A stretch of DNA of 64,000 nucleotides from a virus. Lineage: Duplodnaviria > Caudoviricetes. The translations under genes were made by a program, and so were the position numbers. Positions 40,027 to 48,522 of this stretch are shown here, one piece after another (position 1 is the stretch's first letter; each line of letters begins with the position of its first letter). The notes beneath the pieces are model-generated. The model did not search any database. It was given only the letters and a program-made list of their open reading frames with translations, and was not told the DNA's origin. The DNA is taken from the IMG/VR virus record IMGVR_UViG_3300020247_000002, positions 1 through 64,000 of that record. One strand, 5' to 3'.

Positions 40027-43000
40027 ATGGCTGAGTTTAGACTTGGAAGAGTAAAATTCAACTGGACAGGTGACTGGACAACATCCAAAGCCTATTTGAT
40101 TGACGATATCGCCAAGTTTGGTGGTAACACTTATGTGGCAATCGAAAACCACACGTCAACAGCAAGCGTCAGTGACTTTTACGCCAACGACCTTTCCAAA
40201 TGGAACGTCCATATTGAAGGTCTAGAACAAAAAGGACAGTGGCAAGCTGGAGTTTACTATCGTATCAACGATCTAGTAAAATTTGGTAACGTTGTCTACA
40301 GAGTAACCACTGCTCACACATCAGAAGGAACTTTCATCGATGCGACGAAAGTATCGGAATATGTAAAAGGATTCCAAAACGAAGGTGAGTGGGATCAGAA
40401 CAATGAATACCAATCAGGTGACGTTGTAAACTACAACGGTTCATCTTATGTTGCGTTAACCACATCACTTGCTGGTTTCCAACCTCCACAGTATTTGGGT
40501 GTTTCTACAGACCCAGCTGCAAAATGGAGTATCTTATCTGATGGTCTTGCTGGTGCTGCATCAACATATACAGAGGGTACTTACTATAGAGGAGACTTAG
40601 TTCAGTATGGTGGTAACATTTACCGTCATAAGATCGGTATTACAACTAACGTTTCTCCATTACAGGTTGGTTTAGGATCAATCTTCCCCGAAGGATATCA
40701 GGGCGGTCAAGTATGGGATTTACTTGTCAAAGGATTTGATTTCAAAGGCGGTTTCTCCACGACCTTTAACTACCATCCAGGCCACGTTGCAAGATACGGT
40801 TCGGACTCTTATGTTTCTATCGGTAACTCTCACAAGAATGTTATTCCTATTGCTGGAATCGGAACATTCTGGGAAGTACTTGCATCAGGAGATTCATCCG
40901 CTGCTCTTAACACCAAGGGTGACTTACTTACATACAACTCAGGTAACGTAAGAATCGGTATCGGTTCTACTGGTTACGCACTTGCAGTTCAGTCAAATGG
41001 ATTACCTGGCTACGAGATTGTAGGTAACCAAACTAGAATTTACTACGTTGACTCCGAAGACGGATTAGACACATATAACGGTCTTGCACCTAACTTGGCG
41101 TTCAAGACTATCAAGAAGGCTTGCGAGGCTGCTCGTCCTAAGACAGATATCACCAATATGGTGTATACCGCTTCCACTGGTGTGGCAACGGTTACTGCGC
41201 CTGGTCACGGTCTGTTAAACACTGGTACGTTCGTTCAGTTACAAGACATCGAGTTTGAGTGTCTATCTGGAGGTAACGTATTTACTGTCTTGGGTATGAC
41301 CTATAACAAGGCAGTTGGTCTTGCGACTATTACTGCTATTGGTCTTGGTGCTGCTCCCGAAGTTGGAATTGGTGCAACAGTTAGAATCAGAAACTTAAGT
41401 GTCCAATACCAAGGTTCCGCACAGTTCGCCCATACATTCCAGAGTGCATTAGCAAATGCTATTCAGTCTGGTGGTGACTATTCTCACACATTTAACAGTT
41501 GCGCTCCAAACGGAGTTCAAGTTGTTGGTGGATCAGCTGTAACACCTACAAGTGCTACATACGATCCTTCAAATGGTAACTTTATAATGACCCTTACTGG
41601 TCATAGTTTATCAACTTCCGATAAGGTTACTATTGCTGATAACGCATTTACGTTCACCTGTACGATGAACAACAATGGTTCTCAGAAGACATATCCTAGA
41701 CCTGGCAAAGACCCTGCACAAGGACAACAGTTAAGTATTACAGGTACAACAACTGATACATTTACTGTAAACGTTGGACCTTCTCCAATCGTCAACCATC
41801 AACCATCTGCGGTTTCCTATAACCAAGCAACTGGTGACATGGTTTGCACAATCGGTGCTCACGCATTAACAGTTGGTACTTCTGTAAGATTAGAAACAGA
41901 TGGTATGACATTCCGTTGCTCAATGGACGGATATACAACTGATCACTCTTATCCTCGTGCTGTTGCTGGAGACGGAAACCCTGACCCTGCATACAATACA
42001 GCTCTTAACATTACCGCTGTTACAACCAACACAATTACAATTAACGTTGGTACTGCGTCTGATGACCAGACAATCACTGGTAAGTTCCCTGCTGTACATA
42101 CTCAAGGTACTTATGAATTCCTTGTACAGGCTGTACCCGACTCTAACTCAATCACTCTTAACGTAGGTGTTTCAACTACTGATTACCTCTATGTTTCTGG
42201 TGGTACTGCGTTCGTTGGTCTAACAACTACTATCTACCCAGATAAAGTTGCTAAGTCTTACTACGAAGTTCTTGAAGTTCCTGATGTTGACAACTTTAAG
42301 GTCAACGTTGGTATCTCAACTATCAACCACACATACGTTGAAGGTGGTAAGGTAACAGACCTAACACCTGCTATCTTGAAACTGTCTGCGTCTCAGTTCT
42401 ATGAACAGTTACCAGTTACAGTTCCTCCTTTCACTTCGATTGTTGGTAACGCACTTAGAGGTTCTCAGGTTCTACCTAAAGATGGAACATCTGATGACTC
42501 TGTGACTCCTAACAACAGAAGTCACATGTTCAAGATGTCTGATGCAACAACTATTCAGGCAATCTCCATGAAAGGAATGGAAGGATTCTACTATGATCCT
42601 AACGCTCCTTTACAGTTAGACAATGCAAACTTAAGAACTGGTATCGGTACAACTGCTGCTGGTGTGTTCATCTCCTTGAACCCAGATTCACCTATCGATA
42701 ACAAGTCACCTTACGTTAAGGACTGTACTTGTTTCTCTGACCCTGCAACAGAAAGTGGCAGATTCGGTGGTGGTGGTGTTGGTGTATTCATCGATGGTGG
42801 TGTACACGACACTGGTGCAAAATCAATGGTGTTCGATGCGTTCACGCACGTTGCATCTGATGGTGCTGGTTACATTCTTGATAAGGGTGCAATCGCTGAA
42901 ATCGTTTCCTGTTTCACATACTACGCTAAGTGGGGTTACTACTCAGGTGGTGGATCAAGAATCAGGGGTGTTGGTGGAAACAACTCTTACGGAGACTACG

Positions 43001-44466
43001 GTGTTATCTCATCTGGTTTCTCAACTGATGAAGTTCCAAGAACTGCACAAGTCTTCGGTGACATGATGGAAGTTCAAGGTACAACTAAGGCTGGAACAGT
43101 TTCAGTTGGTGCTACCATGTTCGGACAAACATCTAAGGCAACTGCATGGTTCTTGAACGATCAGATTTCTGCTGATAAGATTTACTTCAAGTATCAGTCT
43201 GGTTACGGTAACGCTGGTATCGGTACAACTGGATTCGTAGACGGTGAAATCGTCTGGTTCGGTGCTGGTGCAGAACAGAGTTCTGGTATCGGTTCGATCA
43301 CAGTTGGTGCGGCTGCATCTTCCACAACTGGACAAAAAGGTACAATTCTAGAAGTTGACCAAACATCTGGAACACTTCTAATCGGTGATGCTATTGGATT
43401 CCAAACATCACTATATGGTGCAGATGATAGATTCTACATCATTAACACAATTACGGGCGTATCCGTCGCATCCACTTTCTTTGAGTGGCAGGCAGGATCG
43501 GGTGCTGGACAACAAGTTGTCTACAATAATCGTGCAACTCTGACAATCTCTCCTGAGAAATCAAGAGGAACATGGGATACTAGAAACTTAGGTTCTGGTC
43601 AAGGATCTGATATTCAAATCAGAACACTGTTCTCACAGGCAAGACTAACAGGACATGACTTCCTCGCAGTTGGTACTGGTAACAAGACTGAAACTGGATA
43701 TCCAAACGTCAACTTGGCGAACGTTATCCAAGGTCAAGAAACTAACGTGTTCGGACCTGGTAAGGTGTTCTTCGTATCTACCGACCAAGGTGGTAACTTC
43801 CGAGTTGGAGACTTCTTCTCCGTTGACCAGTTGACTGGTCGTGCTACATTGGATGCTTCCGCGTTCAACCTTTCTGGTTTGACAGAATTGAGACTTGGTG
43901 CGATTGGTGGTCAGGTTGGTGAGGCGATCAACGAATTCTCCTCTGACGAGACACTCGCTGGTAACTCTAACACTGCATGTCCTACAGAATTTGCGGTTAA
44001 GGGATTCTTAACTCGCGGTTCAATGGGTATCAAGGCAATGACACCTCCTGTTGGTACAACTGCTCAAAGACCAGGCGGTATCGACGACGAGTTCAACACT
44101 GGTGCGTTGAGATTCAACACTACCTTGGGTGCTCTTGAGTACTACAACGGTACTTCATGGATTCAGCCTGGTGTTAAGACATACAGTACAGTTTCCTCAA
44201 GTACATCTGTAACTTCTGGAGTTACATACTTTGTTAACACAGGTGGTGGTCAGGTAACATTGACCTTGCCTGGATCACCTAACTTAGGTGACGAAATTAC
44301 TTTCATGGACGTTGCGAAGACATTTGATTCTAACGCACTTGTATGTGGAAGAAACGGTAGACCAATTCAAGGTGACAATGCTGACTTGACAGTTTCAACT
44401 GAAGGTGCTGCATTTACCCTCGTTTACTCTGGTTCTACATACGGTTGGAGAATCTTCTCCATCTAA
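40027..44466 (+). CDS. Tail fibre-like protein with N-terminal CBM5/12 (ChtBD3)-like repeats
   Basis: 1479 aa; about 6 W....Y...D.V.YGG..Y repeats; GHDFLAVGTG, STDQGGNFRVG, INEFSSD..L motifs; GGAG ribosome-binding site. Confidence 0.8.
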   Translation: MAEFRLGRVKFNWTGDWTTSKAYLIDDIAKFGGNTYVAIENHTSTASVSDFYANDLSKWNVHIEGLEQKGQWQAGVYYRINDLVKFGNVVYRVTTAHTSEGTFIDATKVSEYVKGFQNEGEWDQNNEYQSGDVVNYNGSSYVALTTSLAGFQPPQYLGVSTDPAAKWSILSDGLAGAASTYTEGTYYRGDLVQYGGNIYRHKIGITTNVSPLQVGLGSIFPEGYQGGQVWDLLVKGFDFKGGFSTTFNYHPGHVARYGSDSYVSIGNSHKNVIPIAGIGTFWEVLASGDSSAALNTKGDLLTYNSGNVRIGIGSTGYALAVQSNGLPGYEIVGNQTRIYYVDSEDGLDTYNGLAPNLAFKTIKKACEAARPKTDITNMVYTASTGVATVTAPGHGLLNTGTFVQLQDIEFECLSGGNVFTVLGMTYNKAVGLATITAIGLGAAPEVGIGATVRIRNLSVQYQGSAQFAHTFQSALANAIQSGGDYSHTFNSCAPNGVQVVGGSAVTPTSATYDPSNGNFIMTLTGHSLSTSDKVTIADNAFTFTCTMNNNGSQKTYPRPGKDPAQGQQLSITGTTTDTFTVNVGPSPIVNHQPSAVSYNQATGDMVCTIGAHALTVGTSVRLETDGMTFRCSMDGYTTDHSYPRAVAGDGNPDPAYNTALNITAVTTNTITINVGTASDDQTITGKFPAVHTQGTYEFLVQAVPDSNSITLNVGVSTTDYLYVSGGTAFVGLTTTIYPDKVAKSYYEVLEVPDVDNFKVNVGISTINHTYVEGGKVTDLTPAILKLSASQFYEQLPVTVPPFTSIVGNALRGSQVLPKDGTSDDSVTPNNRSHMFKMSDATTIQAISMKGMEGFYYDPNAPLQLDNANLRTGIGTTAAGVFISLNPDSPIDNKSPYVKDCTCFSDPATESGRFGGGGVGVFIDGGVHDTGAKSMVFDAFTHVASDGAGYILDKGAIAEIVSCFTYYAKWGYYSGGGSRIRGVGGNNSYGDYGVISSGFSTDEVPRTAQVFGDMMEVQGTTKAGTVSVGATMFGQTSKATAWFLNDQISADKIYFKYQSGYGNAGIGTTGFVDGEIVWFGAGAEQSSGIGSITVGAAASSTTGQKGTILEVDQTSGTLLIGDAIGFQTSLYGADDRFYIINTITGVSVASTFFEWQAGSGAGQQVVYNNRATLTISPEKSRGTWDTRNLGSGQGSDIQIRTLFSQARLTGHDFLAVGTGNKTETGYPNVNLANVIQGQETNVFGPGKVFFVSTDQGGNFRVGDFFSVDQLTGRATLDASAFNLSGLTELRLGAIGGQVGEAINEFSSDETLAGNSNTACPTEFAVKGFLTRGSMGIKAMTPPVGTTAQRPGGIDDEFNTGALRFNTTLGALEYYNGTSWIQPGVKTYSTVSSSTSVTSGVTYFVNTGGGQVTLTLPGSPNLGDEITFMDVAKTFDSNALVCGRNGRPIQGDNADLTVSTEGAAFTLVYSGSTYGWRIFSI

Positions 44467-44517
44467 TTTGAGATCCTTTATATTATGTTTTTATTCAACC
44501 CCTCTTAAGGATCGTAA

Positions 44518-45303
44518 ATGGCCAACTATAGATCATATAGAAAAGTAAGATCAGACCAAATAACTTCGGGATCCATCGGAATCTCGAAGTTAGCGTCGGG
44601 TGTGACCCCTGATTATTGTGTCAAGATGTTCTACGGACATCCATGTTATTGCACACCAGGCTGTTGTTGCAACTGGCAAGTCCCATCTGGTGTAGGTAAG
44701 TTAACTATCGAACTCTGGGGTGCTGGAGGTAACGGTAATGGGTTCTGCTCATGTAACCGTTGTCAACACTTCCAAGCTCCTTCTGGAGGTACATATAATA
44801 CTAAGACAATTAGTACCGCTGCTGGTTGTCAATATACTGTATGTGCTGGTGGAGTTTATCGTTGCTGTTCAAGAGAATGTAACGGATGTCAAGGTTGTAC
44901 CTCATATGTAAATGGATACAACTTATCTAACTTCTGTGCTATTGGTGGTGCAAGAGGTTGTGCAAACCCTGATTGGTCAGTTAGATGTACATCTAGACAC
45001 TTCTGTTGTGTATCGCCTGGAACATGGGGTGGAGATTTCGCAATGTCTCCTCACCAAAAAGGTTGGTCAGGTCACTGGAACTGTCACTGTACTGGTGCGG
45101 TTACAAACACAATGTCATCAGGTGCTCCATTCTTAACATCGGAAGGTGTTGAGACTATGGCTGAACAGTGTTGGTCACGTTGTGGTTGTTGGACTGCTCC
45201 TTATGCAACAGGTGGTCAAAGTGCTATGACTACATACTGTGGTCGTTGTTGTGGTCAGGGCGGTCAAGGCGGCTCTGGTGTTGTAAGAATCACTTACGTC
45301 TAG
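44518..45303 (+). CDS. Cys/Gly-rich putative fibre-tip protein, paralog 1
   Basis: 261 aa, about 29 Cys; W.VP.GV....E.WGAGG.G...GG.G.V.ITY glycine-rich domain scaffold. Confidence 0.8.
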   Translation: MANYRSYRKVRSDQITSGSIGISKLASGVTPDYCVKMFYGHPCYCTPGCCCNWQVPSGVGKLTIELWGAGGNGNGFCSCNRCQHFQAPSGGTYNTKTISTAAGCQYTVCAGGVYRCCSRECNGCQGCTSYVNGYNLSNFCAIGGARGCANPDWSVRCTSRHFCCVSPGTWGGDFAMSPHQKGWSGHWNCHCTGAVTNTMSSGAPFLTSEGVETMAEQCWSRCGCWTAPYATGGQSAMTTYCGRCCGQGGQGGSGVVRITYV

Positions 45304-45316
45304 GAATTAAACAGAA

Positions 45317-46111
45317 ATGGCAAGTTATTCATCATACAAAAAAATTAATGGAGATCAATTAGAGGATAATATCCTCAGTGCTACTAGTTTTAGTGGATCT
45401 CCGAACTGTACCTACGGCGTAAAATGGGTATTCGGTACAATGTGCCGTTGCTCGCCAGGTTGTTGCTGCAACTGGTCAGTACCAACAGGTGTGAACAACA
45501 TGTGGGTTCAGGCCTGGGGTGCTGGAGGAAATGGTACTGGTGCATGTTCATGTAACAGATGCCAACACTTCCAATCTGGTGGTGGAGGATACTATAACTC
45601 CAAAATGATTACAACCAATAGTAATTGTGGATATAGTATCTGTGCTGCTGGTGTTTACCCATGTCTCTCTAGAGAGTGTTATGGTTGTATAGGTTGTTCA
45701 TCCTATGTAAATGGATACAACTTATCTAACTTCTGTGCTATCGGAGGATGTAGAGGTAACGCTAACCCAAGTTGGACAACCTCTTGTCAATCAGTTAACA
45801 CATGTTGTAGAGGTCCCAGTACAAACGGAGGAGACTTCGGAATTGGTAACCACGGTTCTATCTGGTCTGTATCTAGACACGATACCTACAGAGGTTGGTG
45901 TCACTGTTATCACTACGGTCAGAGACCTACTTCTGCACCGTTGATTGGTACACAAGTTACTCAGTCTATTAGAGAATGTTGGATTCGTTGTGGTTGTTGG
46001 ATCGTACCTTACGGTCACGGCGGACAAAGTGCTATGTCTACATATTGTGGTAGATGTTGCGGTCAGGGTGGTACTGGCGGTGGCGGACTTGTCAAAATTA
46101 CATACTTCTAA
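45317..46111 (+). CDS. Cys/Gly-rich putative fibre-tip protein, paralog 2
   Basis: 264 aa, about 28 Cys; same scaffold as paralog 1. Confidence 0.8.
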   Translation: MASYSSYKKINGDQLEDNILSATSFSGSPNCTYGVKWVFGTMCRCSPGCCCNWSVPTGVNNMWVQAWGAGGNGTGACSCNRCQHFQSGGGGYYNSKMITTNSNCGYSICAAGVYPCLSRECYGCIGCSSYVNGYNLSNFCAIGGCRGNANPSWTTSCQSVNTCCRGPSTNGGDFGIGNHGSIWSVSRHDTYRGWCHCYHYGQRPTSAPLIGTQVTQSIRECWIRCGCWIVPYGHGGQSAMSTYCGRCCGQGGTGGGGLVKITYF

Positions 46112-46120
46112 GGGGAAGAA

Positions 46121-46909
46121 ATGGCTACTTATTCAAGTTATAAAAAAGTTACTAACGAGAGAATTATTGATTCAACGATCGGTAGTTCAAAAGTTCAAGC
46201 TGGTTCATTCTCTAACTGGTGTGTAAAATGGGTGTATGGTCATCCATGTTATTGCACACCTGGCTGTTGTTGCAACTGGCAAGTTCCAACTGGAGTAACA
46301 AGAATCACTTGGGAAATCTGGGGTTCTGGGGGAAATGGACACGGTGCGTGTTCATGTAACAGATGTCAAAACTGGCATGGTGCTGGTGGTGGATACTACA
46401 ATACTAAAACTATTAGTACAACTGCTGGATGTTCATACACTGTATGTGCTGCTGGTGTTTACCGTTGTTGTTCTAGAGAGTGTACAGGGTGTTGCGGATG
46501 TAACTCCTATGTAAATGGATATAACCTCTCTAACTTCTGTGCCTTAGGTGGTACTAGAGGTTGTGCAACTGGTGACTGGTCTGCAAACTGTTATTCAGAA
46601 TTCCATACTTGCTGTATGCAACCTGGCGCTCACGGAGGAGACTTCGGAATGGGTAACCACGGTGGTAACTCATACAGACCTGACGGATTCAACTGTCACT
46701 GTTTCTATAATGAAGGATTACCAACAGGTGCTCCATTCATCGGAACTCTTGGTGTTTCATACGGACAAAGACAGTGTTGGATGCGTTGTGGTTGCTGGAC
46801 AGTTCCATACGGACACGGTGGTCAAGGTGCAAACAGTAACTACTGTGGTAGGTGTTGTGGACAAGGCGGACAAGGTGGAGGAGGACTCGTTAAGATCACT
46901 TACGTCTAA
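46121..46909 (+). CDS. Cys/Gly-rich putative fibre-tip protein, paralog 3
   Basis: 262 aa, about 30 Cys; same scaffold as paralog 1. Confidence 0.8.
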   Translation: MATYSSYKKVTNERIIDSTIGSSKVQAGSFSNWCVKWVYGHPCYCTPGCCCNWQVPTGVTRITWEIWGSGGNGHGACSCNRCQNWHGAGGGYYNTKTISTTAGCSYTVCAAGVYRCCSRECTGCCGCNSYVNGYNLSNFCALGGTRGCATGDWSANCYSEFHTCCMQPGAHGGDFGMGNHGGNSYRPDGFNCHCFYNEGLPTGAPFIGTLGVSYGQRQCWMRCGCWTVPYGHGGQGANSNYCGRCCGQGGQGGGGLVKITYV

Positions 46910-46930
46910 ACCGAACAAGAAAATTTTTCA

Positions 46931-46957
46931 AAAGGGGGTCATAGACCCTCTTTTTTT
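46931..46957 (+). terminator. Rho-independent terminator
   Basis: AAGGGGGTC-ata-GACCCTCTT stem followed by a T run. Confidence 0.8.
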
Positions 46958-46964
46958 ATAAATA
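46957..46964 (+). promoter_or_regulatory. T4 late promoter
   Basis: Exact TATAAATA immediately after the terminator. Confidence 0.85.
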
Positions 46965-46996
46965 GTCCCGAAGGAGTAAACCCGAAGAAATCCAAA

Positions 46997-47782
46997 ATGG
47001 CAACAAAAATTATCGAAAGACAGTGGAAGTTAAATCTTCCGAACGCTTTCCTTTCAGACCACTCTATGTCTGATGGAAACCAGAGAGACCAAACTTATGA
47101 TGGTCCCGACAAGATTTTTCTGCAAATCAATGCAGAAGGAAAAGAGGTATACGGACCTCTCACAGAAGATGACATCGCAGATGGTCGTCCAAAACCAGCT
47201 GACGTAGTTCAGTGGTATGAAGTTGATTGTGCTAGATCTGATCTACACACACTCATCTGTCAGTTAAGAGGACCCGTTGTAAACGAGAAAGAAGAAGACA
47301 GAGGTGCTGGTACAGATCTCAACCATCCTGGCTCTCCAGATGTAGATGGAGGTGTGTATCCTCAGTTCACATATTCTTCAACACTCTTCCCTGATGACAT
47401 CTACAACTGGGATACTATCAGAGTTGCAAATCCTGGCAGTGCTGGACCTGATGACATTACTATCGGTCAATTCACTCCTAGAGAGAAGTTAAACGGTACT
47501 GATGAGGACAAGACATGGGAACATGTCAGAAAGCATAGAGACAGTGTTCTTTCTAATAGTGACGGCCAGATTGCAGAAGATATGCCCGATGCACTTAAAG
47601 ATCAGTGGAAAGCATACCGTCAGTCATTGAGAGATCTTCCTAACAAAATGATTGCTGCTGGCGTTCATCCTAACTTCGCTGACTTGATGTTCCCCATTGA
47701 GCCTGGATTCCAAAATCCTCCTCACCAAGGAGACCCTGATTCAGAAACTGGACAAGCATGGGAACCACCTAATTCTATCTAA
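46997..47782 (+). CDS. Tail (fibre) assembly chaperone-like protein
   Basis: C-terminal WEHVRKHRDSVLSNSD...DMP...WKAYRQSLRDLP matches the phage tail assembly chaperone pattern. Confidence 0.75.
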   Translation: MATKIIERQWKLNLPNAFLSDHSMSDGNQRDQTYDGPDKIFLQINAEGKEVYGPLTEDDIADGRPKPADVVQWYEVDCARSDLHTLICQLRGPVVNEKEEDRGAGTDLNHPGSPDVDGGVYPQFTYSSTLFPDDIYNWDTIRVANPGSAGPDDITIGQFTPREKLNGTDEDKTWEHVRKHRDSVLSNSDGQIAEDMPDALKDQWKAYRQSLRDLPNKMIAAGVHPNFADLMFPIEPGFQNPPHQGDPDSETGQAWEPPNSI

Positions 47783-47810
47783 ATTAGTTTTATATATAAA
47801 TTACATCACT

Positions 47811-47839
47811 AAGATCCTCCTAATAAGGGGATCTTTTTT
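47811..47839 (+). terminator. Rho-independent terminator
   Basis: AAGATCCTC-ctaataa-GGGGATCTT stem followed by Ts. Confidence 0.75.
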
Positions 47840-47844
47840 ATTAC

Positions 47845-48504
47845 ATGTTTGAAGTAAATCCAGTCACAATTACTGAAATAAAAAGATGCTACGACTACGA
47901 CAGATATAATGACTCTGGTTACAAGTGGAGAAAGGTATTTGTAGTAGATGATTTCTACAAAAATCCTGATGAAGTCAGGGATTATGCGTTATCGTGTGAT
48001 AGAAAAAGTGACAAAGAACATTGTGGCGGTCTTATAGGAACGAGAGTTGTTGAAGATAGGCCAGACATGGTTGAGAATCTGAAACCAGTTTTCAAAGAAC
48101 TCTGCCAACATCCAGAGTGGACAAATCTGCAATTTAGTGAGGGAATGTTTGATTATAGATGGGACAGTCAAAAGTTCTGGGTCAATCATACAACTAATGA
48201 AGATATAAACGAAAGATTCAATAAAACAGTTTATTGTTTTACTCACCATAAAGATGCAGATTCCAGTTGGGCTGCTCTAGTTTATCTGAACAAGGATGAG
48301 GAATCTGAGGGAGGAACAGATTTTTACAAATATATGGAAGATCATGCTTATGGGGATTACAACATAAGAAATGATATAACATTTACATGTCCAATGAAAT
48401 ATAATAGAATGGTAATGTATGAAGCTGAATGTACCCACGGAGCAGACATAAATCGAAAGATGTTCAAGGAATATCCTCGTCTGGCACAGGTATTTTTTAT
48501 GTGA
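47845..48504 (+). CDS. DUF6445-like 2OG-Fe(II) oxygenase-fold protein
   Basis: VVDDFYKNPDEVR, HKD, AALVYLN, GGTDFY, YNRMVMY...HG, RLAQVFF. Confidence 0.7.
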   Translation: MFEVNPVTITEIKRCYDYDRYNDSGYKWRKVFVVDDFYKNPDEVRDYALSCDRKSDKEHCGGLIGTRVVEDRPDMVENLKPVFKELCQHPEWTNLQFSEGMFDYRWDSQKFWVNHTTNEDINERFNKTVYCFTHHKDADSSWAALVYLNKDEESEGGTDFYKYMEDHAYGDYNIRNDITFTCPMKYNRMVMYEAECTHGADINRKMFKEYPRLAQVFFM

Positions 48505-48522
48505 CTATATACTATAGGAATT

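Noticed and set aside
44472-44513. GATCCTT...AAGGATC inverted repeat covering the ribosome-binding site of the first Cys-rich gene
   Set aside because: Only a 7-bp stem with a 28-nt loop, too weak to call a regulatory hairpin.
39125-46909. Diversity-generating retroelement, suggested by the Mtd N-terminal-like domain and paralogous tips
   Set aside because: No reverse transcriptase and no template/variable repeat pair differing at adenines was seen in the window.
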